A stretch of 34,930 nt of DNA from Candidatus Iainarchaeum sp. (GCA_028690725.1 JAQVAR010000002.1:1-34930); one strand, 5' to 3'; shown: positions 17,057-26,194, counted from the stretch's first letter. Program-made: numbers and translations. Notes: generated by a model from the sequence alone, not told the origin.

Positions 17057-18055
17057 ATGAATGAAATAACTCTTGAAAAACTTAACAAAAAATCAACTAA
17101 AATAAGAGTTGAACTTAATAAAGATTTCTTGAAAAAATTAATGAATAAAGCATCAAATTCTAATCAACCACACACAAAAAACCAATTTATTAAAAAACTT
17201 GAACTTAAAAAATCTAATAAATATTGTTGTTCCACAATATATAGTTGGATGTATCATAATAACACAATTCCATTAGATAAACTAGGAATAATAGTAAAGG
17301 TATCTAAAACAGACTGGAAAATAGTTAATAAACTGCCAACTACCTTAAAATCTGGTTTTAGAGGCACTAAAATTAATCTTCATTTCCCAATAAAAGTAAA
17401 TGAGGAGCTTGGATCAATTGTCGGGCATATATTGGGAGACGGATCAATAGACAATAAATATCAACAAGTCTTTTATTCAAATTCAAACAAAGACTTATTA
17501 AGAGAATTTTCTAAAAATATGAAAAAAGTATTTAACACCAAACCACGCATATGGATGCAAAAAACAGCTACTTTTGAAGGGCAAACAAGATGGGAAAAAA
17601 GATTAAATTCAATAAATGAGTTAAAACATAAAAGAAACTGCGGATTATTTTATCCAACAATTTGTGGAGTGATATTAAATAATTATTTTGGAACTTTTGC
17701 AATTGGAAAAAACAAGAAAATAACCAACGAAATAATTAATTGCCCAAAAGAATTTAAAAAAGGATTTGTACGTGCATTTTACGATGATGAATGCACAATT
17801 GGGGACAAAAGTATTAGAGTTTTTCAAGACCAATATGAAATTCTAAAAGAAATAAAAAATATGTTAATTGAATTTGAAATACTCTCACAACCAATTAAAA
17901 CAACTATTAAAAAAAATAAAGAAAGATTTTATTTTGATATATTTAGAAAAAGTAATTTAAAATTGTTCTATTCAAATATTGGGCTTATTTCGTCACAAAA
18001 AAAGAAAAAATTAAAAAAAATAGTAAATAAAAAACCACATGGGAACGACAAATAA
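17057..18055 (+). mobile_element. free-standing double-motif LAGLIDADG homing endonuclease gene
   Basis: 332 aa with two LAGLIDADG-type motifs (IVGHILGDGSID and FVRAFYDDECTI) about 120 aa apart. An N-terminal extension of about 110 aa precedes them. Its stop TAA (18053-18055) directly abuts the stop of the convergent nth-like gene. Confidence 0.85.
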
Positions 18056-18667
18056 TTATTTTATTTTTTTAATACAATCTAAAATCTTATTTTTCTCTTT
18101 TCTATTAGTATAAGACTTACCAAAACGCACAACAACAGGGTTTACTAATCGCCAATAATTTTTAGGAAACAAATTTTTTAAATCCCGTTCAATCACAACG
18201 GGGTTTTTATGTTTACTCCAATTTAAATATTGCGACACGTAACTTAGATGCGTATCCACCCCAATAGTATCTTTTCCTTTTTCCGACAAAAAAACATTAG
18301 CGGTTTTTCTTCCCACCCCTGGCAAATTAATTAATTTATTAAAATCCATTGGAACTTTGCAATCATAATCTTTTAACAAAATTTTGGCACAATTAATAAC
18401 GTTTTTTGCTTTTGTTTTATTATAATTAAGACTCTTAAAAACTTTTAGAACATCAAAATAATTTGCTTTAGAAAGTTTTTTTAAAGTAGAATATTTTTTA
18501 AACAAAGAATTCGCAACAATAATAGTTGTCTCATCCCTTGATTGAGCAGACATTATTATAGAAACTAATATTTTCCAATCAGAATCCCATTCCTCTGCAG
18601 CAAGACGCATTTTTAAAGATTTTTTTCTCAAAAATTCTAACTGTAATAACACTTTTTTTTTATCCAT
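18056..18667 (-). CDS. nth: endonuclease III-like HhH-GPD DNA glycosylase without the C-terminal 4-Cys iron-sulfur cluster loop
   Basis: 203 aa. The HhH-GPD motif LPGVGRKTANVFL includes the catalytic Lys position, and the GVDTH Asp motif is present. The C-terminus lacks a CX6CX2CX5C cluster. Confidence 0.85.
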   Translation of the reverse strand: MDKKKVLLQLEFLRKKSLKMRLAAEEWDSDWKILVSIIMSAQSRDETTIIVANSLFKKYSTLKKLSKANYFDVLKVFKSLNYNKTKAKNVINCAKILLKDYDCKVPMDFNKLINLPGVGRKTANVFLSEKGKDTIGVDTHLSYVSQYLNWSKHKNPVVIERDLKNLFPKNYWRLVNPVVVRFGKSYTNRKEKNKILDCIKKIK

Positions 18668-18780
18668 AAAAACACTATTTTTAATTATTTATTTTCAATT
18701 AAATTGTTAACCAATTCATTTTTTTCCATAAAATAATTTGAAACAAGGCTCTTTTAATTTTTCCTAAAAACAATATTTTA

Positions 18781-19548
18781 ATGAATAATGAAAAAAAAGA
18801 AAAACTTGTTCAAAAATTATATGAAAAATATCCTTACCCAAACAGAGGTAAAAAAAACAGAGAAGAATTATTGAAGTATGGAAAATGGGTTTCTAATATT
18901 TTTGGCGAAAAAACAGATTTTTGGAGTGGAAAAAAAGTTTTAGAATTGGGTTGTGGAACTGGAGAATTAGCTAATAGTCTAGCAATTTTTGGAGCAAAAA
19001 TAAAAGCGATTGATTTTAGTGAGAATTCAATAAGAGAAGCAAAAAAACTTTCAAAAAAGATTGGTAATCAAGAAACTGTTTTTTTGAAAAAAAATATTTT
19101 AGAAATTGAATTTGAAGAAAAATTTGACGTTGTTATTGCTTTGGGTTCATTACACCACACAATAAATGCAAGAAAAGGATTTGATATTGCTTATAAACAT
19201 TGTAAAAAAAATGGTTTGATAATAATTGGTTTGTATAACAAATATTCTAGGTTTAGACACAGAGTAAAAAGAGTTATCTTATTTTTATTTGCAGGAAATG
19301 ATTTTGAGAAAAGAATTAGTCTTGGAAAAAAAATTTTTGGAGGAAAAAATATTTATTGGTGTGCTGACAAATACGGGCAAGTACATGAAAGTTATCATAG
19401 TGTAAGTGAAGTATTAAAATGGTTTAAAAAAAATAAAATTGAATTTGTAGCATCAAAACCAAAATTTGTTTCACCAATAATTGATGAATTAAAATGGTTA
19501 TTAAGAAAAGAAAATGCTTTTTTTGTAATGATTGGTAGAAAGATATAA
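18781..19548 (+). CDS. class I SAM-dependent methyltransferase
   Basis: 255 aa. Motif I is VLELGCGTGELA, with acidic post-I (IDFSE) and motif-II-like (DVVIALGSLHH) segments. Confidence 0.8.
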   Translation: MNNEKKEKLVQKLYEKYPYPNRGKKNREELLKYGKWVSNIFGEKTDFWSGKKVLELGCGTGELANSLAIFGAKIKAIDFSENSIREAKKLSKKIGNQETVFLKKNILEIEFEEKFDVVIALGSLHHTINARKGFDIAYKHCKKNGLIIIGLYNKYSRFRHRVKRVILFLFAGNDFEKRISLGKKIFGGKNIYWCADKYGQVHESYHSVSEVLKWFKKNKIEFVASKPKFVSPIIDELKWLLRKENAFFVMIGRKI

Positions 19549-19646
19549 AGAGATTAATTATATTAATTGGTTTGAATTCCAAACTAGTAATAATTAATTA
19601 TTAATGAAAATTAATGGTTACAGATGCATATTAAAGGTATGTGAAA

Positions 19647-19723
19647 AGAACAAGGGGTGTAATCTGGTCCGGTTTGGACTTCTATCCCAACAGATAGTAT
19701 TTGTAAGACACCCCCTCTGTTCC
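19647..19723 (+). ncRNA. unassigned GC-rich nested-stem element (candidate small RNA or 5' regulatory RNA)
   Basis: Pairings seen: GAACA(19648-52)/TGTTC(19718-22), GGGGTGT(19654-60)/ACACCCC(19708-14), ATCTG(19662-66)/CAGAT(19691-95), GTCC(19667-70)/GGAC(19676-79). A T7 run lies at 19731-19737 and a TATA-like TATTAAA at 19629-19635. The strand assignment is tentative. Confidence 0.35.
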
Positions 19724-19809
19724 AAAAAGCTTTTTTTATAAAAATCATTTTTTTTCTTTTTGAAAAGGTTTTTTAAAACAAAGCTTTCTTATTGTTTTGG
19801 TGATAATTT

Positions 19810-20055
19810 ATGAGTATAATAGTATATTCTACAAGTACTTGTCCATTTTGTAATTTAGCAGAAGAATGGTTGAAAGAAAAAAAAATTGTTTTTCAAAAAA
19901 TCAATGTTGGAATTGATCAAGAAAAAGCAAAAGAAATGATTGAAAAAAGTGGACAAATGGGAGTACCCGTAATTGATGTTGAAGGAATAATAATAATTGG
20001 TTTTGACAAACCAAAATTAGAAGAAGCATTAAAAGAAAAAGGATTTTTGAAATAA
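19810..20055 (+). CDS. glutaredoxin/NrdH-like small redox protein
   Basis: 81 aa with a CPFC active site at residues 11-14. Thioredoxin-fold pattern includes GVPVIDVEG. Confidence 0.85.
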   Translation: MSIIVYSTSTCPFCNLAEEWLKEKKIVFQKINVGIDQEKAKEMIEKSGQMGVPVIDVEGIIIIGFDKPKLEEALKEKGFLK

Positions 20056-20064
20056 AAATTCTTA

Positions 20065-20493
20065 TTATTTTTTTATTTTATTATAAAAAAATTTTTCATA
20101 AGCCATTCCAACAAGCATTAAAAAAATTAGAAAAAACAACCATTTTTTCCAATCAATAACTTCAACTAAACCAATAAAATCAAAAATATAAAATATAATA
20201 ACTATTGATAACCAAATAACAAAACCTTTTAACAAACCTTTTTTCCACCAAACATTTTTGAACAAACCTTTACTTCTTAAATGATTTGAAACAGGCAATT
20301 CATTTTCATTAGAATCATCAAATTCAGAAGGAGAATCTTCGTCTGAAAACTCATCATTTTCATTAAAAGAATCATCCTCAATATCTTCTGAAGAATCAAT
20401 TTCATCAGATTCAATTGTTTTAAGCTCTCTATTAACACCATATCTAGCATATTTACTTTTATTAGAATTAATTTTTTTTAAAGATTTTACCAT
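20065..20493 (-). CDS. hypothetical protein with acidic N-terminal region and two C-terminal TM segments
   Basis: 142-aa ORF. A D/E/S-rich segment is followed by the hydrophobic stretches FVIWLSIVIIFYIFDFIGLV and LFFLIFLMLVGMA. Confidence 0.5.
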   Translation of the reverse strand: MVKSLKKINSNKSKYARYGVNRELKTIESDEIDSSEDIEDDSFNENDEFSDEDSPSEFDDSNENELPVSNHLRSKGLFKNVWWKKGLLKGFVIWLSIVIIFYIFDFIGLVEVIDWKKWLFFLIFLMLVGMAYEKFFYNKIKK

Positions 20494-20554
20494 AATAAGA
20501 ATTGTAAGAAAGAAGTATTTAATTCTTATGTTAGTTCAGAAAAAACAAAAAATA

Positions 20555-21316
20555 TTAATTAACTTTTTCATTATTAGAAATAGAAATTATCTTTACAAAA
20601 ATATCCCCAAAAAATTCTTCTTGATATACAAGAATTTTTCCAGAGTTCATTAAAAACAAAACAGGCAAAAAAGTATTAATTATTGTTTCATTATCTTTTC
20701 TATTCAATAAAGAATTAAACATTACTAACCCTTGGCTATCAACTTTTTGTTTTATTAAATCTAATACTTCTTCCAACCTTTTTTCTATAGAAATAGTATC
20801 AAAATTAAATTCCATTTTTGGAATATCCCTAAAAGAACTTTTTGAAGGAGTAGTATTTTGAATTATTCCTTCAATACTCTCAACTAATTCATCCAAAGAT
20901 ATTCTACCCTCACGCATTGAACGAGACGCCATCAAATCAGGAATTTCTTCAAGCAAATGAATTTTTTGTTCTTCAGTTAAAACATTATTATCATCAACAT
21001 CATCATCAATACTACTTAATTTCAAATAACGACTCTTTGTTTTAACTAAAATAGCACAAGCAAGTATTGCATTTGCAGGAACATGCAAAGAACAAGTATC
21101 CAAATTATTTATTTTTTCAATATATTTTTCAGTCAACAAAGAAACATCAATATCCCAAGGATTCATCTTATTACTTTTAACCAAATCAATAAGAATTGTT
21201 TTCCAAGCGGGTTGTTCAATTAAATCAACTAAATCAATTTTAGAATAATCTCTCTCATATTCAATATCCTCTTGTAAGTTAGAATCAATAATAGGCAAAC
21301 TAGGCATAATTAACAA
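20555..21316 (-). CDS. scpA: segregation and condensation protein A (kleisin)
   Basis: 253 aa. The ScpA-like N-terminus reads DLVDLIEQPAWKTILIDLVKSNKMNPWDIDVSLLTEKYIEKI. Confidence 0.75.
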   Translation of the reverse strand: MLIMPSLPIIDSNLQEDIEYERDYSKIDLVDLIEQPAWKTILIDLVKSNKMNPWDIDVSLLTEKYIEKINNLDTCSLHVPANAILACAILVKTKSRYLKLSSIDDDVDDNNVLTEEQKIHLLEEIPDLMASRSMREGRISLDELVESIEGIIQNTTPSKSSFRDIPKMEFNFDTISIEKRLEEVLDLIKQKVDSQGLVMFNSLLNRKDNETIINTFLPVLFLMNSGKILVYQEEFFGDIFVKIISISNNEKVN

Positions 21317-21425
21317 AGTATATGAAGAAGTTTATATTTTTTTCCAAAAGACAAAAAAATACAAGAAACACTTAAATATAAGTAAAACTTAATATAAATA
21401 GAAAAATTTGTTTAAAGGTGGTTTA

Positions 21426-22136
21426 ATGGAAAAAACAAAAACCGGAATACCTGGATTGGATGATCTACTGAATGGAGGAATACCAACCGGAAGTAACGTA
21501 TTAATAGCAGGAGGAGCAGGAACAGGAAAAACAATATTAACAACACAATACTTATACAATGGAGCAACACAATTTGGAGAAGCAGGATTATTCGTAACAT
21601 TAGAAGGAAATATAAGAGACATAAGTTGGAATATGGAAAGTTTCCAATGGGATATTAAAACACTACAAGAACAAAAATTAATGACTATTTACAGAATTAA
21701 TTTAGACTATTTAAAAGACAGAACAATGATAGAAGAAAGAATACAAGAACAATTAATGGAAATTGAAAAAGAAGTAAAAGAAATAAATGCAAAAAGATTA
21801 GTAGTTGATTCAACAACAGTTCTTGGGGCATATTTAGATTCAAGCATACTAAGAACAACATTATTCAAATTTTCAGACAGACTAAAAGAAATGGGTTGCA
21901 CAACAATGCTAACCACTGAAACACAACCAACAAAAACATCCTTTTCAGCATTCGGAGTAGAAGAATTTGTAGCAGATGGAATAATAGCACTATATTTCAC
22001 ACCCCCAAACAGAAGTATTTTTGTTAGAAAAATGAGAGGAACAAAACACGATAAAGACCCACACCCATTAGACATAAATGAAATGGGAATAACAATAAAT
22101 TCAAGAGACAAAATAATTTGGGAAGCAATCAAATAA
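21426..22136 (+). CDS. single-domain KaiC/RadA-like (RecA superfamily) ATPase
   Basis: The sequence TGIPGLDDLLNGGIPTGSNVLIAGGAGTGKT contains Walker A, and Walker B is RLVVDS. I chose the ATG at 21426, which is preceded by GGTGG. The ORF itself opens at 21408. Confidence 0.85.
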   Translation: MEKTKTGIPGLDDLLNGGIPTGSNVLIAGGAGTGKTILTTQYLYNGATQFGEAGLFVTLEGNIRDISWNMESFQWDIKTLQEQKLMTIYRINLDYLKDRTMIEERIQEQLMEIEKEVKEINAKRLVVDSTTVLGAYLDSSILRTTLFKFSDRLKEMGCTTMLTTETQPTKTSFSAFGVEEFVADGIIALYFTPPNRSIFVRKMRGTKHDKDPHPLDINEMGITINSRDKIIWEAIK

Positions 22137-22196
22137 CCAAATTCGAAAAACAAAAAAATACACAAAAATAAAAGCTTTTATAAGCAAATAATTATC

Positions 22197-22850
22197 ATGA
22201 AGATAACTAAATTTGCACAATCATGTATTATGATTCAAACTAAGGGTGAAAAAATACTAGTTGATCCTGGAGTTATTAGCCTTAGTGAAGAAATAATTGC
22301 AAAATGGAAAAACCCAGATGCCATCCTAATTACTCATAAACATTCAGATCACTGTGATATTAATTCAATACAAAAAATACGTGGAGAAAATACAAAAATT
22401 TATACAAGTAAAGAAGTTCTAAAAACTTTTCCAGATTTAAAATCAGAAATTGTACAACCAGGTTATAAAATTTCTATTGGTGAAATTAATATCGAAGTTA
22501 CAAAAGCTGTTCATGGATACACTCCTTTCTTACAAGGAGGAAATGAAATTATTGAAAATTTAGGTTTTATTGTAGAGCGAGGAAAAAGAGTTTATTTTGT
22601 TGGAGACAGCATTGGTTTTAAGAACGAATACAAATGTGATATAATTTTTGTCCCAGTTTGTAATCATGGCCTTGTAATGGGTCCATTTGAAGCAGCATTG
22701 TTTGCAAAAGAAACAAATGCAAAACTTGTAATACCTTATCATACTGACAACCCAAAATATCCTGCTGAAATGAATAAAGTAAAAATTGAGTTCGAAAAAG
22801 CTGGGCTTAATTATAAAATTCTTCAAATTGGTGAAGAAATAGAATTTTAA
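22197..22850 (+). CDS. metallo-beta-lactamase-fold metal-dependent hydrolase
   Basis: 217 aa with the motif ITHKHSDHCD (HxHxDH) and downstream His/Asp ligand positions. Confidence 0.75.
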   Translation: MKITKFAQSCIMIQTKGEKILVDPGVISLSEEIIAKWKNPDAILITHKHSDHCDINSIQKIRGENTKIYTSKEVLKTFPDLKSEIVQPGYKISIGEINIEVTKAVHGYTPFLQGGNEIIENLGFIVERGKRVYFVGDSIGFKNEYKCDIIFVPVCNHGLVMGPFEAALFAKETNAKLVIPYHTDNPKYPAEMNKVKIEFEKAGLNYKILQIGEEIEF

Positions 22851-22866
22851 AAAAACCAAAGAAGAA

Positions 22867-23532
22867 CTATTCTAGTCCTTCTATTAATTTTTCTGCTGCT
22901 TCAATTGATTCTTGTGGTGGAACATTTCCATCATATGCTTTTAGCAATCCTTTTTCTTTATAATAATTAATTAAAGGAGCTGTTTTTTCATTATATTGAG
23001 CAAGCCTAGCCTTTATTGTTTCTGGTTTATCATCATCTCGTTGAAACAAATCTGCACCATCAACATCACACTTACCTTCAACTTTAGGAGGAACCGACAA
23101 AGTGTTGTAAATTTTTTTACATTTTGAACAAGTCCATCTACTTGATAATCTTTTTACAATATTTTCTTCACTTGATTCAATATTTATTACTGCTTTTAAT
23201 TCTTGTTCAATTCTTCCAAAAATATTTGCTAATTCATCCGCTTGTGGGACAGTTCTTGGAAAACCATCTAAAATAACTCCATTAAAATTTTCTTGTGATG
23301 AGAGTTCTTTTAATTTTAATTCAAGCATTTGAGCCATTTGCTCATCACTTATAAGTTCTCCACGATTAATTATTTCACCAAGTTCTTTTCCAAGTTCTGA
23401 ACCAGAAGAAACCTCTTCTCTAATTAAATCCCCTGTTGAAATTTGAACAAGAGAGTATTTTTTACTTACTGCTTGCGCAACAGTTCCTTTACCAGCACCA
23501 GGCGGCCCCAAAAAAATCAAATTCAAAACCAT
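22867..23532 (-). CDS. adk: adenylate kinase, long bacterial-type with zinc-lid motif
   Basis: 221 aa. P-loop GPPGAGKGT, LID with CSKCKKIY...CDVDG, and the DGFPRT motif. Confidence 0.92.
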   Translation of the reverse strand: MVLNLIFLGPPGAGKGTVAQAVSKKYSLVQISTGDLIREEVSSGSELGKELGEIINRGELISDEQMAQMLELKLKELSSQENFNGVILDGFPRTVPQADELANIFGRIEQELKAVINIESSEENIVKRLSSRWTCSKCKKIYNTLSVPPKVEGKCDVDGADLFQRDDDKPETIKARLAQYNEKTAPLINYYKEKGLLKAYDGNVPPQESIEAAEKLIEGLE

Positions 23533-23609
23533 AACAAACTCAAAATAAATAAAACCTTTTTATTTAAAAAATGAACTCAAAGTGTCCTATAAATTGTGTT
23601 TTTATTATT

Positions 23610-24467
23610 TTATATTATTCCTAATTTTAACAAACTTCCCAAACCCGTTGCTAACCCCAATATTATTATTATTATTTTTATAAATCCTATTTTATTTTTG
23701 TTTTTTGTTTCTTTTGCAAAATCATCCAAACTCCAACACAATAATATTGCAACAAATAGTTTTATCATAATGAAAAGAATTGGGTGTATTTTTATGAGTA
23801 TATTTGAGAATACGTGTTGTTCTGTAAATGAAAAAAAAGTAATTGCTATTGTTGAAGCAATACTATCAATTGCTTGACCAAGCACAATAAAATAATTTAA
23901 TTTGTCATCCAAAATTTTGTATTTGGCATATTTGTTAATTGTTTTTGTAACTATTGTTGTTATTATTATTATAAGTATTACAATCATTAAAAAACAAAAC
24001 CAATTATTATAATTTATTAAATTAAAGATAAAAGGAATTATTGTAATAATTACTCCAAAATAAAAAACTTTTTTGTAATCTAATTTCTTCCAAATTTTTC
24101 CAATCAACAAACCGATTATTACCATTGTAAATGTTAACACCCATATTCCAGGTGTAAAAAACCAAAATCCTAATTCTAATGGATTTGCAGTTTTTATTAT
24201 TCCTGGCAAAAACAATTTTCCAGCTTCTATTTGATGCATTATGACTCTTAATGACACTCCAAAAAAAATGTAAGGTATTATTGCAATAAAAAAATTTGAA
24301 TTAAATTTTATTTTTTTGTTTAGTAATTTGTATATTATTATACAAGCAATAATTAAAATTATTATAAAAATAATCGTATTTACTAAATTGTACCCTTGAA
24401 CACTCGGATTAGTTATTGGTTCCACAAAATATTTTTGAAAAAAATCCATAAAAAAGTAACAAAGCAT
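23610..24467 (-). CDS. multi-pass membrane protein (archaeal DUF63-like)
   Basis: 285 aa with about 7 TM segments. The N-terminus FQKYFVEPITNPSVQGYNLVNT resembles DUF63 proteins from memory, so the family call is tentative. Confidence 0.6.
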   Translation of the reverse strand: MLCYFFMDFFQKYFVEPITNPSVQGYNLVNTIIFIIILIIACIIIYKLLNKKIKFNSNFFIAIIPYIFFGVSLRVIMHQIEAGKLFLPGIIKTANPLELGFWFFTPGIWVLTFTMVIIGLLIGKIWKKLDYKKVFYFGVIITIIPFIFNLINYNNWFCFLMIVILIIIITTIVTKTINKYAKYKILDDKLNYFIVLGQAIDSIASTIAITFFSFTEQHVFSNILIKIHPILFIMIKLFVAILLCWSLDDFAKETKNKNKIGFIKIIIIILGLATGLGSLLKLGII

Positions 24468-24501
24468 GTTTATTTAAGTTTTTGCAGATTTAATTGTTTT
24501 T

Positions 24502-25362
24502 ATGCAAAAACCAAGAAATTTGAAAGAAGCTTTAAAAAATAAATTATCAAAAAAAGATTTTGCTTTTGCTCCAAAAGCATTTGATTCTTTTGGAAGTATT
24601 GCTGTTATTGAAATTCCAAAGGAATTGGAAAAAAAGAAAAAGATTATTTGCGAAACCTTACTGGATTTGCAACCTCGTTTTGAAACTGTTTGTTCTATTG
24701 AAAGTAATCATGAAGGAGAATTTCGTATTCAAAAAATTAGAGTAATTGCTGGTAAAAAAAAGACTATTGCCAAGTATAAAGAAAGTGGTTGTTCTTTTTT
24801 AATCCCATTAGGAAAAGTTTTTTTTTCTCCAAGACTATCTAGTGAAAGATTAAGAATCGCAAAAGAAATAAAAAAAGGAGAAATAGTTGGTGCTTGGTTT
24901 TCTGGTGTTGGTCCTTATCCAATAATTTTTGCAAAAAATTCTTTAATGGAAAAAGCTATTGCTATTGAATTAAATCCTATTGCACACAAATTTGCTTTAA
25001 AAAATACTGAATTGAATAAAATAAATTGTGTTAAAGAAAAAAATTGTAAAAAAATTGATTTTATTAATGGTGATGTAAAAAAACAATTTAAAAAATTTCA
25101 AAAATATTTTGATAGGATTGTAATGCCTTTGCCACACACAGGTTATCAATTTTTAAAAGAAGCATTTTTTTGTATAAAAAAAAATGGATTAATTCATTTT
25201 TATGAAATTGTTGAAAAAGGAAATTTTGATTTACCTTTAAAACAAATAAATGAGGCAGCTAGTAAAGAAAATAGGAAAATTAAAATTGTTAGAGTAAAAA
25301 AAGTCAGACAATTTTCTCCTTCAAAAGAACAAATTGTTTTTGATATAAAAATAACAAAATAA
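24502..25362 (+). CDS. Met-10+/Trm5-Taw2 family tRNA methyltransferase
   Basis: 286 aa. Family pattern includes FDSFGSIAVIEIP and FSPRLSSERLRIA, with a class I SAM-binding region (GVGPYPI) and the NPxxH-like LNPIAH. Confidence 0.8.
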   Translation: MQKPRNLKEALKNKLSKKDFAFAPKAFDSFGSIAVIEIPKELEKKKKIICETLLDLQPRFETVCSIESNHEGEFRIQKIRVIAGKKKTIAKYKESGCSFLIPLGKVFFSPRLSSERLRIAKEIKKGEIVGAWFSGVGPYPIIFAKNSLMEKAIAIELNPIAHKFALKNTELNKINCVKEKNCKKIDFINGDVKKQFKKFQKYFDRIVMPLPHTGYQFLKEAFFCIKKNGLIHFYEIVEKGNFDLPLKQINEAASKENRKIKIVRVKKVRQFSPSKEQIVFDIKITK

Positions 25363-25435
25363 TAAAAACACAATTTATAGGACACTTACTTTGGCATATT
25401 AAAAACTTTTTGATAAATAAATATTTTGATTAAAG

Positions 25436-26194
25436 ATGTTTTATTTAATAGGAATAGGATTAAAACCAAAACAATTGACTTTAGAAGCACTAGAAATATT
25501 AAAAAATTGTGACCAAATATTTTTAGAAAAATATACTTCAGAATATTCTGAAGGATTGATAAAAGAATTAATTGAAATAATTGGGAAAAAATTTAAACTT
25601 CTCGGAAGAGAAGAAATTGAGACTAATTTTGATTCAGCATTATTAAGTGCTAAAAAAAACAATATTGCATTAATGATATTTGGAAATGCATTAACAGCAA
25701 CAACACACATACAATTATTAATAGACGCAAAAGAAAAAGGAATAAAATATAAAATAATTCCTGGGATAAGTATAACAAACACTATTAGTGAATCTTGTTT
25801 AGATGAATATAAATTCGGAAGAACAATAACAATATGTTATCATGAAAAAGATTATGAACCAGAAACTTTCTATAATCAAATATTAGAAAATGAAAAAAGT
25901 GGTTTACACACATTATGTTTATTAGATATTAAAAAAGATGAAAAACCAAAAAGATTAATGAATTGCAAAGAAGCTATAGAAGTAATAGAAAAAATTTCTT
26001 TAAAAAAAAATGAAACTATTCATTTAGATTACATTGCATTACTTGGGATGTCAAGTGAAAAACAAAAAATTGTTTTTGGGCGAGAAAAAATTTTTTCAGC
26101 AAAAGAAATTAATGAAATATTTCCCCAAACAATGATTATCCCAGGAAAAATTAATGAAAAAGAAAAAGAAGCTATTGAAAAATTGGTGAAATAA
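25436..26194 (+). CDS. dphB: diphthine synthase
   Basis: 252 aa of the tetrapyrrole-methylase family. The N-terminus MFYLIGIGL, the size and the GNALTATTH segment are typical of archaeal Dph5/DphB. Confidence 0.85.
   Translation: MFYLIGIGLKPKQLTLEALEILKNCDQIFLEKYTSEYSEGLIKELIEIIGKKFKLLGREEIETNFDSALLSAKKNNIALMIFGNALTATTHIQLLIDAKEKGIKYKIIPGISITNTISESCLDEYKFGRTITICYHEKDYEPETFYNQILENEKSGLHTLCLLDIKKDEKPKRLMNCKEAIEVIEKISLKKNETIHLDYIALLGMSSEKQKIVFGREKIFSAKEINEIFPQTMIIPGKINEKEKEAIEKLVK

Noticed and set aside
19654-19714. The GC-rich element folded as a tRNA or split-tRNA half, using the acceptor-like GGGGTGT/ACACCCC stem.
   Set aside because: It spans only 61 nt. It has no anticodon arm and no T-loop consensus, and the D-like stem would enclose a 26-nt loop. 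It fails the cloverleaf on both strands.
21426-22136. Possible inteins in the KaiC/RadA-like ATPase, GlyRS, AspRS or GatB, given a LAGLIDADG enzyme in the window.
   Set aside because: All of these proteins have normal lengths and uninterrupted motif spacing. The LAGLIDADG ORF is free-standing on the opposite strand and has no flanking Hint or splicing motifs.
22867-23532. The adenylate kinase gene looks less AT-rich than its neighbours, which could indicate recent transfer.
   Set aside because: This is an impression only and I did not compute composition. Highly expressed conserved genes often deviate in this way. The bacterial-type Adk is noted in the feature list but not raised as a finding.
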